IMG/VR virus record: IMGVR_UViG_3300009103_000012
Coordinates: 1 to 64,000 of that record
Direction: 5' to 3' (one strand)
DNA length: 64,000 bases
Origin: a virus
Below are positions 45,686 to 55,579 of this stretch, one piece after another (position 1 is the first letter of the stretch; the number at the start of each line of letters is the position of its first letter). The position numbers and the translations under genes were made by a program. The notes under the pieces were generated by a model. The model did no database searches and was not told the origin of the DNA. It was given only the letters and a program-made list of their open reading frames with translations.

Positions 45686-46393
45686 TTAAAGCTGACGATA
45701 TTCTCGATATGAAGCCAAAGTTTCAGGCCAAATTTCTTCAGCTATATGAAGACATGCTTTTGCAACTTGCTGAATTTCCCACTGCGCTCCCTCATGTACA
45801 CGTAGCTCTATAAACTTAAATAAATTGTTTAAATTTACTGTGCCATAATATTCTGAATAAAGATTTTGGGGAAGCACTCCGCGGGCTTGCTCTCTACAAA
45901 TACCGTTCTTCATAAGGTCATTATAGAGGCGCAAAGATAACTTGTGATGTTGCTCTATACAATGAGCTGCTGTCAATCCCATTTCAGGATCTGAAAGATC
46001 TGGAATTAATACCGGATCGATCTGCCCGCAAATATTTGAGGCTTGACGATTTGACTTGTGTTGGGTCCTAAAGCTCTTTGGCTCATAAAATCTGATATCT
46101 ACATCCGTATACCTTCTAGATATCTCGTTATAAGACCAAGTCCTGTGGCGATGATGCTGGCTACGTACAAAAAGAGGCACAATAAAACGGAAAGTAATAA
46201 CGTTATGCTCAAGAGTTGATGTATGCTTATGCCTGATTAGATAGCGAATGAGCTTTTTATCTTTCCCATCGAGCTCTTCCTTCACTTTTCCGAATGAAAC
46301 CCTTGCACTGTTCACCACTGTTAAGTCTGATCCCATATGTTCAATATATTCCACTGCACCAATGGCATCGTCATAAAGCTCAATTCTTTTCAC
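45686..46393 (-). CDS. thyX: Flavin-dependent thymidylate synthase
   Basis: SARVSF, HTSTLEH, RHRTWSYNEISRRY, EQARGVLP. Confidence 0.95.
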   Translation of the reverse strand: MKRIELYDDAIGAVEYIEHMGSDLTVVNSARVSFGKVKEELDGKDKKLIRYLIRHKHTSTLEHNVITFRFIVPLFVRSQHHRHRTWSYNEISRRYTDVDIRFYEPKSFRTQHKSNRQASNICGQIDPVLIPDLSDPEMGLTAAHCIEQHHKLSLRLYNDLMKNGICREQARGVLPQNLYSEYYGTVNLNNLFKFIELRVHEGAQWEIQQVAKACLHIAEEIWPETLASYREYRQL

Positions 46394-46825
46394 TTAATAC
46401 TCCATGTCTTTTCGGATTTCTTCTTCGCTTTTCTCTCTTCGGTCTTGGTACTCTTTCTTTATATTAAGAATTGGTACTGCCTCGCCATCGCCGTCGATCC
46501 TTACAAACGTCATTTCAACATCACATACAAGCTTTTGTGATCCATTGACGACACTATGTCTTCGAGCTTCAAGCTTCACAGTTATCGAACATGTTCCGAT
46601 TCTTAATACATCACCGTAAATTTTTATTATCTGTCCCGGTCGAACTGGCCTCTGGAAAACCACTTGAGAAATACTTTTTGTAACTAATCGAGGTGAGCCA
46701 CATACTTGGGCTGTAAAAGCTCCTGCAGCTTCATCAAGCCATGAAAGCATAACTCCACCAAAAAGGTTTCCATGAACACCGATATTTTGACCTTTACATA
46801 TATGCGTCGAGATGAGCTGCATCAT
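46394..46825 (-). CDS. Hotdog-fold acyl-CoA thioesterase (YciA-like)
   Basis: HGNLFGGVMLSWLDEAA, TFVRID. Confidence 0.85.
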   Translation of the reverse strand: MMQLISTHICKGQNIGVHGNLFGGVMLSWLDEAAGAFTAQVCGSPRLVTKSISQVVFQRPVRPGQIIKIYGDVLRIGTCSITVKLEARRHSVVNGSQKLVCDVEMTFVRIDGDGEAVPILNIKKEYQDRREKSEEEIRKDMEY

Positions 46826-46832
46826 ATTTTAT

Positions 46833-47843
46833 TTATTGGACAAATTTACAAAGTTGTAAAGCTACTCTATAGGGATCGCATCCTGATGATGGGCGACGAT
46901 CTTCAAGGTACCCACGCCACTCTTTCTCTATAACACTATTGGGTATCCTCACTGAAGTGTCTCTAGCGGCGACGCCATAAGTAAATCTATCTAATGAAGC
47001 CGTCTCAAATCCCCCAGTTAGACGAAGACCATTCTCAGCCCCATATTCAGATATCGACTCGTGATGTCGAGCCTCCATATTAGAAATAATTCGCTGGAAT
47101 TCTTCTTCATTACCATCTTCTCTCATTTTCTTAGTAGAGAAATTAGTATGACACCCAGAGCCATTCCAACCAGGGTGGGGCTTGGGATGCCAATCGACAC
47201 CAAGCTCAAGGTCTTCTGTCATCAGCTCCAGAAGATACCTACTAACCCACAACGCATCGGCGGCAGTTATCGGATTCTCTGCGAAACATTGATATTCCCA
47301 TTGTCCTGGGGAGACCTCCGCATTATAGCCAACCACCCTAACTCCGACCTGATTACAAAATGAAGCATGCTCACGAATAAGCTTCCGAAACTTCACGCTA
47401 CCTCCTGAAGAGCAATAGTAACGCGAATCCTTGATCGGCTCTCCGCTATCAGGCCAGAACACATTCTTATCATTCGAAGTGATGAAATATTCCTGTTCGA
47501 AACCAACCCACATTTCTTGAGCACCTTCCGTGCTCGCTACTGCTTCTCGTAACTTCGCCCTGTAATTTGACGGATGAGGTGTTCGCTCAGCATTAGGCAT
47601 ACATACTTCACATAAAGCAACATAGTGATTGTCAGCGACTTGAAACATTGCTTTTGGTTGCAGGACTCTTTCAGAGTCGCCAGTGTCTGCTTGCCCGGTC
47701 GAAGAGCCATCAAAGTTCCACTCAGGAACATCTAATTGAACTTCTCCAGCTTCATTAGGCTGAAGGACAGTCGATTTTGTTTTCGACCTAATGGAGGGAT
47801 GCTCAAAACCATCCACCCAAATATAGTCTAAATGAACTAACAT
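46833..47843 (-). CDS. glnII: Glutamine synthetase type II
   Basis: YIWVDG, WNFDGSSTGQA, GFEQEY, NAEVSPGQWEYQ, WNGSGCHTNFST, YLEDRRP. Confidence 0.92.
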   Translation of the reverse strand: MLVHLDYIWVDGFEHPSIRSKTKSTVLQPNEAGEVQLDVPEWNFDGSSTGQADTGDSERVLQPKAMFQVADNHYVALCEVCMPNAERTPHPSNYRAKLREAVASTEGAQEMWVGFEQEYFITSNDKNVFWPDSGEPIKDSRYYCSSGGSVKFRKLIREHASFCNQVGVRVVGYNAEVSPGQWEYQCFAENPITAADALWVSRYLLELMTEDLELGVDWHPKPHPGWNGSGCHTNFSTKKMREDGNEEEFQRIISNMEARHHESISEYGAENGLRLTGGFETASLDRFTYGVAARDTSVRIPNSVIEKEWRGYLEDRRPSSGCDPYRVALQLCKFVQ

Positions 47844-48757
47844 TAGTCCCCCTTAATCTCGTTTAATATTTTAACAATGTCTAAATTCGCGCAATCTTTC
47901 TTTCTATTGCTCTGATGATAATGACTAACAAAACCGTTGAATTTACTATTCTTCACAGATAACTCGAGCTTTCTACTTGTCAAGAACCCAGAGTCCCCAG
48001 ACTCTGGACCCTCTAGCGGGATGTTATATCTCTCATGCATTGCAAGCCAAAGAGCTTTTAATGCTTCAATTTGTACTGGATAAAAATCCAGAAAGGGCTC
48101 TAGCTTTCGTCCATGGCATTTAGCATTTTCTACTAATGCACGTTCACCGAACCCATTCTTAACATACCATGACTGATACTTGGTATAATAAGCATTTGCA
48201 ATCTCAACACCAACCGCACAGCGATTAACACTTCCTGCATGCCATGCACCATGCTGGGTATCTAACATCTGATAAATCGTTCCATCATTGTCTATCAAAA
48301 AATGAACAGATATACCACGCTTATTTAGCACCTTCGCACAAGACTCGGAGCTTAAACAAACGTCCCAATGATTAACAAACATCTTTACATCACGCTCTTT
48401 TTCACCCGAATAATCATAATAGGTGCCCGGTTCTGACTTAAAACCATCGGAGTCGTCCCACAAAATAACCTTGGCCCAATCAATCACTTGTGGTTTTCCA
48501 TTACAAATGATATAGCTTTGGTCTTTCTCTTTTGGGCAAGTATAGATGTAGTCGCTTATCTCTGCTTCTCGCTCAGTCCATATCCGACGATATGTCGTGG
48601 GTCCGCAAAGACCATCAGCTGTCAACCTATTCTCTCGCTGCCATTTTCTAATCGCACTTACAAGCTTTTCATCATGATACTTCACACCGAACCATTCAGG
48701 TGTCCACCCAAGAGAATCAGCAGAACTTTTATTGTAGAATACTTTGTCGATTGCCAT
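47843..48757 (-). CDS. Endolysin: peptidoglycan-binding domain + N-acetylmuramoyl-L-alanine amidase
   Basis: KWQRENRLTADGLCGPTT; SVHFLIDNDGTIYQ, AWHAG, VGVEI. Confidence 0.85.
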   Translation of the reverse strand: MAIDKVFYNKSSADSLGWTPEWFGVKYHDEKLVSAIRKWQRENRLTADGLCGPTTYRRIWTEREAEISDYIYTCPKEKDQSYIICNGKPQVIDWAKVILWDDSDGFKSEPGTYYDYSGEKERDVKMFVNHWDVCLSSESCAKVLNKRGISVHFLIDNDGTIYQMLDTQHGAWHAGSVNRCAVGVEIANAYYTKYQSWYVKNGFGERALVENAKCHGRKLEPFLDFYPVQIEALKALWLAMHERYNIPLEGPESGDSGFLTSRKLELSVKNSKFNGFVSHYHQSNRKKDCANLDIVKILNEIKGD

Positions 48758-48765
48758 CGGCCCGC

Positions 48766-49368
48766 CTACTCAAAATCAATGTCGACAGCTACCTTTATAG
48801 ACAGCTTCGGAACACGAAGATGATTAGCCATGTTATGCTTCTTGGTTTCTGCTGCATCCAGAAACCAGTCCGCATGCTTCTTCTTATCTACGATCTTCAT
48901 GAAATAGTCATCTTTCTTACCGCAATTCTGAGCCATCATGGTATAAATTATTGTATTTAGCCTGTCGGCTTCTGCGGCGCCAGCCTTCATCTCTTCAACT
49001 TTACCCCATTCCATTGACGAAACATCATGAATCATTACTGTTGCGTTGGGGTCCATAAACCGATATCCTTCATCTCCAAATGAAAACAACACTGCTCCGC
49101 ACGACATAGCTTTACCTTCTACGATAGTTGCTACGGGAATCTCAGCGTGTTTAATCGCACTAATCATGCTCATTAAACTATATACTTGGCCGCCATAAGA
49201 ATCGATTATCACTGGAATTACCTTTTGCCCAGTATTATGAGCTTGTCCCATTTCTAATGCAAATTTCTTTGCTGACTCTTCATCGAACTTATTGACGCGA
49301 ATCATTATTGGCTGCTTCCTCAGCTCTATCTCTTTTATTTTCGGATCTATCTCAGATGTCCAGTGCAT
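48766..49368 (-). CDS. clpP: ClpP-like protease
   Basis: IDSYGG, AMSCG (Ser), MIHD (His), DWFL (Asp). Confidence 0.85.
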   Translation of the reverse strand: MHWTSEIDPKIKEIELRKQPIMIRVNKFDEESAKKFALEMGQAHNTGQKVIPVIIDSYGGQVYSLMSMISAIKHAEIPVATIVEGKAMSCGAVLFSFGDEGYRFMDPNATVMIHDVSSMEWGKVEEMKAGAAEADRLNTIIYTMMAQNCGKKDDYFMKIVDKKKHADWFLDAAETKKHNMANHLRVPKLSIKVAVDIDFE

Positions 49369-49383
49369 TTCATCTCCTCTAAA

Positions 49384-51891
49384 TTATCCACACTTCGCCA
49401 TACCGCAATTTTTGCAGGTTGCACAGCCTTCCTGATATACTATATTCGGGCTATCGCAACAGGCAGTATCAAATACTCCATTACTTGCTTTGGTACCATC
49501 AGCGATATACTTCTTAAGGCATCGCGCTGTCACCTTAGCAAAACTAAATAGGTCAGCATCTTTGTCTTTTTGTAATTGCTCTACCATATACTGCACAGGA
49601 ACACCATGCCGTAATGCCAATGATATTGTTCTGGTAAATGCAGAGTGGTTCGGATTATCAAATACCTTAACGATATCTTTTATCACAAACTCATCACCAT
49701 TAGTACCTACAATCAAGTCATACTTCGAATTAACTGATTTTCGAGATCGTCGACGAATCTTTCCAGAAGTATATTTTCTGGGGATTTCAACATACTCAGA
49801 TAATCCCCCTATAACTTCGTAAGGTTTCCCCTTCATTAGTCCAATGAGGATGGTCCATGCCTCTCCCTTAATGTTCGCTTGATGAATATCACAAACCATT
49901 TCCTCAGGACGCTTTGGGGCTGATCTCGTTATTATCTCACCCGCGTCACGGGGATTTTGATTCTTTTTATCAGAAGAAACTAAAACGCCCGCGCGACTTC
50001 CATCTCTATAAACAGTCACACCCTTACAACCAAGCTCCCAACCAGTCATGTAAACTTGCTTTACTGTCTCGACGCTTGTATCGGCTGGTAAATTTGTCGT
50101 ATTAGAAATTGCATGACAAACCCACTTTTGTGCAGCTGCTTGCATTTTAACTTTTGCGAGCCAATCAATTTCATTAGCAGTCGCACCGGCATAAGGGCTC
50201 ATCTTAACAAGCTTTTCATTACTCATTGTTTCACCCTCGCCGACCTCGATTGTGTCTATCCACTCCTTAAAGCCGTGGTGGTATACCGTATACTCCTGCC
50301 ACTTATCACCGGAATCGTCAACAAAGTCAACACGAGCATCCTCATCTTGTCCAGTCAGCTTTTTCCTGCGTGTATAATGAAGCATAAATGCAGGTTCAAT
50401 TCCTGATGTTGTCTGGCTTAAGACAGAGACGGAGCCAGCAGGGGCTGTCGTAGTTAGAGATATATTTCTGCGGCCATACTTCTTATTCATGCCGCGTAAT
50501 TCCTCGTCGGCCTCCCAAATCCTCTCGAGAAATGGATGTCCTTCTTCTTTCTTAGCATCAAAAACTTCAAAAGCGCCCCGCTCTTTAGCCATCATAATCG
50601 ATGAACGATAAGCATTTACCGCAAGAGCCTTGTAAATCTTTCCTGTCCATTCAATGCTTTTATCTGAGCCGTAACGCTCTCCAAGCATTGCAAGAGTATC
50701 GCCTAAACCCGTTATCCCGAGACCGGTTCTACGACCTAAAATCGCTTGTGTCTTTATATTCTCCCAAAGGTCTAATTCAATACGCTTTACTTCTTGAGAT
50801 TCTGGATCTTCGCTAATTTTAGAAATAATTTTATCAATCTGCTCGATCTCAAGATCGATCATATCGTCCATTAGCCTTTGCGCCTTATGAGACACCTCTG
50901 CAAACTTCTTGAAATCAAAAGAAGCGTCTGCTGTCCATGCATTTCGAACAAAACCAGTTAGATTAAGAAGCATTAGCCGACAGCTATCATACGGAGAAAG
51001 AATAATCTCCCCACAAGGATTTGTAGAAACAGACCCAAAGCCCTCTTCTGAATAAATATCAGCAGGAGTATAAGACTTTGCTGTATCCCAAAATAGCACT
51101 CCTGGTTCTGCTGCAGTATGTGCTCCCTCAATTATCTCATGCCATATCGATCTAGCATCTGCATACTCACTAACCTTAGGGCTAGTAGAATTTATGGGCC
51201 ATCGCAACTCTACATTTAAGCCATCCTTAACAGCATTCATAAATTCATCAGATACTCGAACAGAAATATTCGCGCCAGTGACTCTTGTCAGATCTCGTTT
51301 GATCTTTATGAAGTCACGAATTTGAGGATGATGAACTGAAATGGTTAGCATCAGTGCTCCGCGTCTACCGCCTTGCGCTACCTCTCTACATGAATTTGAG
51401 AACCTATCCATAAAAACTTCAATACCATCTGTGGTTCGAGCCGCATTTGCAGTAGGTAGTCCTTTCGGGCGAATAGTGCTTAAATCAAATCCGACACCAC
51501 CACGACGCTTGGCTATTTGCACCAACTCTTGGTCTGTCTTCAATATCCCACCGTAGCTATCTTCTGGTGCTGGAACGACAAAGCAATTAGACAAGCTCTG
51601 AATTCTCTCTTCATTACCAATCCCAGACATAGGTGACCCCTGAGGGATTACATACTTAAAATCTTTTAGTAAGCCGTAGATCTCTTCATATGACAACGGA
51701 TTGGGATAACGAGATTCTGCTCGGTGAAGCTCTTTTGCTATCCTTTTGTGCATATCATCAGGTGACGATTCAAGGTAAGTACCATCGTTTCCTGCTAAAA
51801 GATATTTTGTTGTGACTACATTGGCCGCTAATTCATCGCCAGAAAAGTACTCTAACGAATTTGCAAACGCTTCCTGATAATCAAAAGTCAT
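49384..51891 (-). CDS. nrdJ: Class II (B12-dependent) ribonucleotide reductase
   Basis: SNCFV, TNPCGE, TAPAG, YRDGSR, C-terminal EGCATCKNCG; no beta subunit nearby. Confidence 0.9.
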   Translation of the reverse strand: MTFDYQEAFANSLEYFSGDELAANVVTTKYLLAGNDGTYLESSPDDMHKRIAKELHRAESRYPNPLSYEEIYGLLKDFKYVIPQGSPMSGIGNEERIQSLSNCFVVPAPEDSYGGILKTDQELVQIAKRRGGVGFDLSTIRPKGLPTANAARTTDGIEVFMDRFSNSCREVAQGGRRGALMLTISVHHPQIRDFIKIKRDLTRVTGANISVRVSDEFMNAVKDGLNVELRWPINSTSPKVSEYADARSIWHEIIEGAHTAAEPGVLFWDTAKSYTPADIYSEEGFGSVSTNPCGEIILSPYDSCRLMLLNLTGFVRNAWTADASFDFKKFAEVSHKAQRLMDDMIDLEIEQIDKIISKISEDPESQEVKRIELDLWENIKTQAILGRRTGLGITGLGDTLAMLGERYGSDKSIEWTGKIYKALAVNAYRSSIMMAKERGAFEVFDAKKEEGHPFLERIWEADEELRGMNKKYGRRNISLTTTAPAGSVSVLSQTTSGIEPAFMLHYTRRKKLTGQDEDARVDFVDDSGDKWQEYTVYHHGFKEWIDTIEVGEGETMSNEKLVKMSPYAGATANEIDWLAKVKMQAAAQKWVCHAISNTTNLPADTSVETVKQVYMTGWELGCKGVTVYRDGSRAGVLVSSDKKNQNPRDAGEIITRSAPKRPEEMVCDIHQANIKGEAWTILIGLMKGKPYEVIGGLSEYVEIPRKYTSGKIRRRSRKSVNSKYDLIVGTNGDEFVIKDIVKVFDNPNHSAFTRTISLALRHGVPVQYMVEQLQKDKDADLFSFAKVTARCLKKYIADGTKASNGVFDTACCDSPNIVYQEGCATCKNCGMAKCG

Positions 51892-51914
51892 TTTTTCCTC
51901 TATCTCTAATGCTG

Positions 51915-53321
51915 TTAGACGCGCTTTAATTCAGCCCACTTCTTTTTGATTAGAGCTTTCGTTTCTTGTTTGTCATCCTTTATTGCTTCTGCCAAGGTGG
52001 ATACTTCTTCATCAAGTACTTTAATAGTAGAGCGCGCGGTGTCAATGTGAATAGGAAAAAGGATCCCATCTTTTCCGGCTCGATTTTTCGCGATGAAAAG
52101 TCGACCTGCTCCTGTAGCTTTTTCCGCCGGCTTACGAGATAACGATACCACGAGGTCAGCGACCATGGCCTTTCCATAAGCTTCTGACATATTTTCAAGC
52201 CCAACGATATCAGAATTTGCAGAATCTCTATTCGCTTGAGAAGCAGTCCAAATAGGTATCCGCAATTCCATCGCAAGGTTTCTAAGCTCTTCATAAATTA
52301 GTTTAAGCTCGTGACGTAAAGAATCATACGATCGTGTGGACCGCATAATATCGGCATAATCAATTACCAAAACACTCGGCTTAAACCCTCTAAGAGCAAG
52401 CTTTTCTATGTGGTTCCTAATCGTTGTAACAGACGGATACCCTGTCGGATACTCTTTGATAATGAGTCTACCAAGGTCTTCATTTTCTTCATAAAATTTC
52501 TTTACACGATCTTTATTATCGACGACGTCTGATGAAGAAATGCCACAAAGATTCGAATCATACCGAATGCCAACCGCATTCTCTGTTAATTCGAACGTAT
52601 AGTGTAATACATTCTTTCCGACCCTCATTGCATTTGCGCCCATTTGTACCAGATAATGAGACTTGCCGACACCAGTATTTGCTGTTACAACACCAATCTC
52701 ACCTCTTCCGAGACCACCAGCGAGTATATCTTTCGCATCAAGTTGCGGAATACCAGTTGGACAAACGCAACGATTAACTTTCTGAAAGCGTGCTTCCATA
52801 TCCTCAAAAAAATCATGACCTACGGTATTCGCTAGACCAATCGAAACTGCGTTCTTCATGAGTGAAATAACGGACTCAAAATTATCTGTGGAGATAAGCT
52901 CAACTGACTTTTCAAGAGCTTCTTTAAATGCTTGTCTCTTACAAAAATCAAGTGACTTTTCTTTTACATAAGCAATATCACCGGGGTGTGGGTTCTCTTT
53001 TGCTCTTATCAAATAGCTTACGATCTGGTCACGGAGCAAAACATCACCGTCTTCGCTTAACCCATCTTTGATAATACTGATTAGCAAAGCTTGGGTGGGA
53101 AAACATCTATACTCAGTAAAGTACTTAAAATATTTCTCGCAAAGATACTCAAGGTATCGCAGCTCAAAAAAATCTGGTCTCATAACTTCGACCATTTGCG
53201 CAGCCCACTGGTGATCTGTCAATAGTCCTTGCAAAATCTTTTCTTGAAAAGACTTATTATATTGCCTAAACTGGCCACCTGGAATTTCATTCAAGATATT
53301 ATTGTTAGCGAGTGCGCTCAT
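51915..53321 (-). CDS. Replicative DNA helicase (DnaB/gp41-like)
   Basis: ANTGVGKS, IDYAD, TASQANR, KNRAG. Confidence 0.9.
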   Translation of the reverse strand: MSALANNNILNEIPGGQFRQYNKSFQEKILQGLLTDHQWAAQMVEVMRPDFFELRYLEYLCEKYFKYFTEYRCFPTQALLISIIKDGLSEDGDVLLRDQIVSYLIRAKENPHPGDIAYVKEKSLDFCKRQAFKEALEKSVELISTDNFESVISLMKNAVSIGLANTVGHDFFEDMEARFQKVNRCVCPTGIPQLDAKDILAGGLGRGEIGVVTANTGVGKSHYLVQMGANAMRVGKNVLHYTFELTENAVGIRYDSNLCGISSSDVVDNKDRVKKFYEENEDLGRLIIKEYPTGYPSVTTIRNHIEKLALRGFKPSVLVIDYADIMRSTRSYDSLRHELKLIYEELRNLAMELRIPIWTASQANRDSANSDIVGLENMSEAYGKAMVADLVVSLSRKPAEKATGAGRLFIAKNRAGKDGILFPIHIDTARSTIKVLDEEVSTLAEAIKDDKQETKALIKKKWAELKRV

Positions 53322-53329
53322 TATTTTTT

Positions 53330-54280
53330 TTACCCCAATGTTCGTAAGGTCATGAACAATTTATCATAATCGAAGTTTTTTATTCCCAATGCCCTTAGGG
53401 AACGAATAAAGCCAAGCTTATCTCTCTTTAAGCTGGAAATTTCAAGTGCTTCATCTATTTTCTTAGCCTGAGCTCCCGATACATTTCCATGTCCCAAATA
53501 CATAAGCTTCCAATTTTTGTTGACAGTATCTTCGTGATCTATGATGCTATCATAGAGCTTCAGACGCTTTTGTTTCCGAAGATCTTCACATTCTGTAAGT
53601 ATGTCGGAAACAGCCAGAGATTCTCCGCTTTCCAAACGAGCGAACCTTTTCGCCAGGCTCCTAAACCCAGCTCCAGGGACACCTTTTAGCCCGTCAGACC
53701 CATCACCGACAAAGCATCTTGCCAAACAAAAATTTACAGGATGTATCCTAAACTCTTGTAACACTTTATCAACTGTCCACTCTCTCTTGCTGCCTGGAGA
53801 CCAAACGCTAATCCTCTCATCAATTAATTGATAAAAATCTTTATCAGTAGAAATAATGACACATTTTTTTTCTTTAAGAACGACATTACAAAGACGTGCA
53901 ATTACATCGTCTGCTTCACAATCTGAAATATAGACCTGCGGTACCGCTGTCTTTCGTAAGAGACCAACTAAATTTGTAATTTGCTCATTTCTATTTGAAA
54001 CTGTATCAGGTAAATCCCCAGAATAGAAACGGTTTAATTTTTCAGGTCTGCGGCCGCCCTTATAATTGGGGTCGATTGATCTTCTTCTAGGTGAGCCGCC
54101 GCCCTCCCAAACAACTATAACTGACTCTGGAGAATACCTCTCTGTCAACAGTTGAATGCTCTTCAGAAAACCGACTATGCCACCTATGGGATCCCCATTC
54201 TCTCCCATCGATGGATTTGCTACAAAATGTCTATAAAAGCAATTTAGGCCATCAATCAGTAAAATTGGTCGATCTTTCAT
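53330..54280 (-). CDS. Second 5'-3' exonuclease / flap endonuclease
   Basis: LIDGLN, EADDVIA, STDKDFYQL, GDGSDGLKGVPG. Confidence 0.9.
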   Translation of the reverse strand: MKDRPILLIDGLNCFYRHFVANPSMGENGDPIGGIVGFLKSIQLLTERYSPESVIVVWEGGGSPRRRSIDPNYKGGRRPEKLNRFYSGDLPDTVSNRNEQITNLVGLLRKTAVPQVYISDCEADDVIARLCNVVLKEKKCVIISTDKDFYQLIDERISVWSPGSKREWTVDKVLQEFRIHPVNFCLARCFVGDGSDGLKGVPGAGFRSLAKRFARLESGESLAVSDILTECEDLRKQKRLKLYDSIIDHEDTVNKNWKLMYLGHGNVSGAQAKKIDEALEISSLKRDKLGFIRSLRALGIKNFDYDKLFMTLRTLG

Positions 54281-55476
54281 TAGTCATTCAAGTCCGGAAG
54301 GTCTTCCAAATTAATCTCCATTGCAGCTGCTCGGACTTCTTCGTAAGACTCTGTATCAAGCATTGCATGTTCATCATCAGACATTTTTCTTATCATACAT
54401 ATAGCCAAAAGATCGTCTATATACTTCTGGTACTCAGCATCTTTCCATACATCTCCAAAATCGTTCTTATAAAATTTCTTCTCGATGTTAATTTCGCCCG
54501 TTACAGTGTCGGTTACAGTCAACGTTTTCCATGCGCTTGTTCCCTTAACACACACTTCTTTTCCGTCAATTATCTCGGGGCCGTGCTTCCGAAGCTCATC
54601 AAAGACTTGCTCGTGCTCAACGATTCCTTTACCGAAATGAATTTCAAAATTGCACTCCCTGAAAGGTGGTGCTACCTTATTCTTAATTGTCTTCGCGCGG
54701 ACGTGAATGCCAATAACTTCTTTGCTCTTATTGGTAATCTGTTGACCGGCGCCGAGCTTGATTCGTACAGATGAATGGAAAGGAATCGCCTTACCCCCGG
54801 GAGTAGTTGTGGGATCTCCATACATAACTCCAATTTTTGTTCGAATTTGGTTTAAGCAGATAAACAGGACATTCTGATTTGCAATGACACCTGTAATTTT
54901 GCGCATACCTTTAGAGATGGCGCGTGCTTGTAAACCAATAGAATTTTGTTCGTATGTTCCATCTAATTCGGCCTTAGGAGATGAAGCAGCAACAGAGTCC
55001 CAGATAATGGTTACTGGTACGTCTTTATCCATCGCCTTGGCTTTCATTATAGTCGATTCAGCAATAGAAAGAACCTCCTCTGTGCAGTGCGTATCAACAT
55101 ATACGAACCGCTTGTTAATATCAACGCCAAGCAGCCCCAGGTTTTCAACAGAAGTTGCATTCTCTGTATCAATATAGACTACAATTCCGCCAAGAAGCTG
55201 GCATGATCTTGCGATCTGAATTGCGATATGAGACTTTCCAATCGAGGGAGGCCCAAATATCTCTATAATTCTCCCCTCCGGTAATCCTCCATTACTGCGA
55301 TTTGCGATGATGTAATCTAGCTGTTGGGACCCGGTACTAATCCATCGATTAACATGCGTTGGAGATTCGTCTGTTGAAAGATTATACGCTACTCTAGAAC
55401 CGTGCTCTTTGTTAAGAGACTTAATCAAATCAGAAGTGAAATCATCACTACCGCTACCACCTTTTTTCTTTGCCAT
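54280..55476 (-). CDS. recA: RecA/UvsX recombinase
   Basis: GPPSIGKS, IWDSVAA, NQIR, TPGGKA, KNKVAPPFR; start moved to MAKKKG. Confidence 0.92.
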   Translation of the reverse strand: MAKKKGGSGSDDFTSDLIKSLNKEHGSRVAYNLSTDESPTHVNRWISTGSQQLDYIIANRSNGGLPEGRIIEIFGPPSIGKSHIAIQIARSCQLLGGIVVYIDTENATSVENLGLLGVDINKRFVYVDTHCTEEVLSIAESTIMKAKAMDKDVPVTIIWDSVAASSPKAELDGTYEQNSIGLQARAISKGMRKITGVIANQNVLFICLNQIRTKIGVMYGDPTTTPGGKAIPFHSSVRIKLGAGQQITNKSKEVIGIHVRAKTIKNKVAPPFRECNFEIHFGKGIVEHEQVFDELRKHGPEIIDGKEVCVKGTSAWKTLTVTDTVTGEINIEKKFYKNDFGDVWKDAEYQKYIDDLLAICMIRKMSDDEHAMLDTESYEEVRAAAMEINLEDLPDLND

Positions 55477-55494
55477 GTTATTACCTCGTAAAAG

Positions 55495-55523
55495 ATTATA
55501 CACTCGAAATAAGAAGTGTTCAA
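55495..55523 (-). promoter_or_regulatory. Sigma70-like promoter TTGAAC-N17-TATAAT upstream of recA
   Basis: Near-consensus, immediately after the terminator. Confidence 0.65.
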
Positions 55524-55525
55524 GT

Positions 55526-55556
55526 AAAAAGGGAGGAAGCATTGCTTCCTCCCTTT
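55526..55556 (-). terminator. Rho-independent terminator after the SSB gene
   Basis: Stem GGGAGGAAGC/GCTTCCTCCC with 3-nt loop, followed by a T5 run on the minus strand. Confidence 0.85.
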
Positions 55557-55579
55557 GGGTTAAAGACCAGAGATGTTAA

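Noticed and set aside
48766-49368. ClpP as the head-maturation protease that cleaves the leader
   Set aside because: It lies among metabolic genes with no portal or capsid gene nearby, and nothing indicates Glu specificity; the real prohead protease is probably outside this window.
39798-53321. Inteins or introns in dnaE, nrdJ or the helicase
   Set aside because: Lengths are normal, motifs are contiguous, and I saw no splice-junction or homing-endonuclease motifs.
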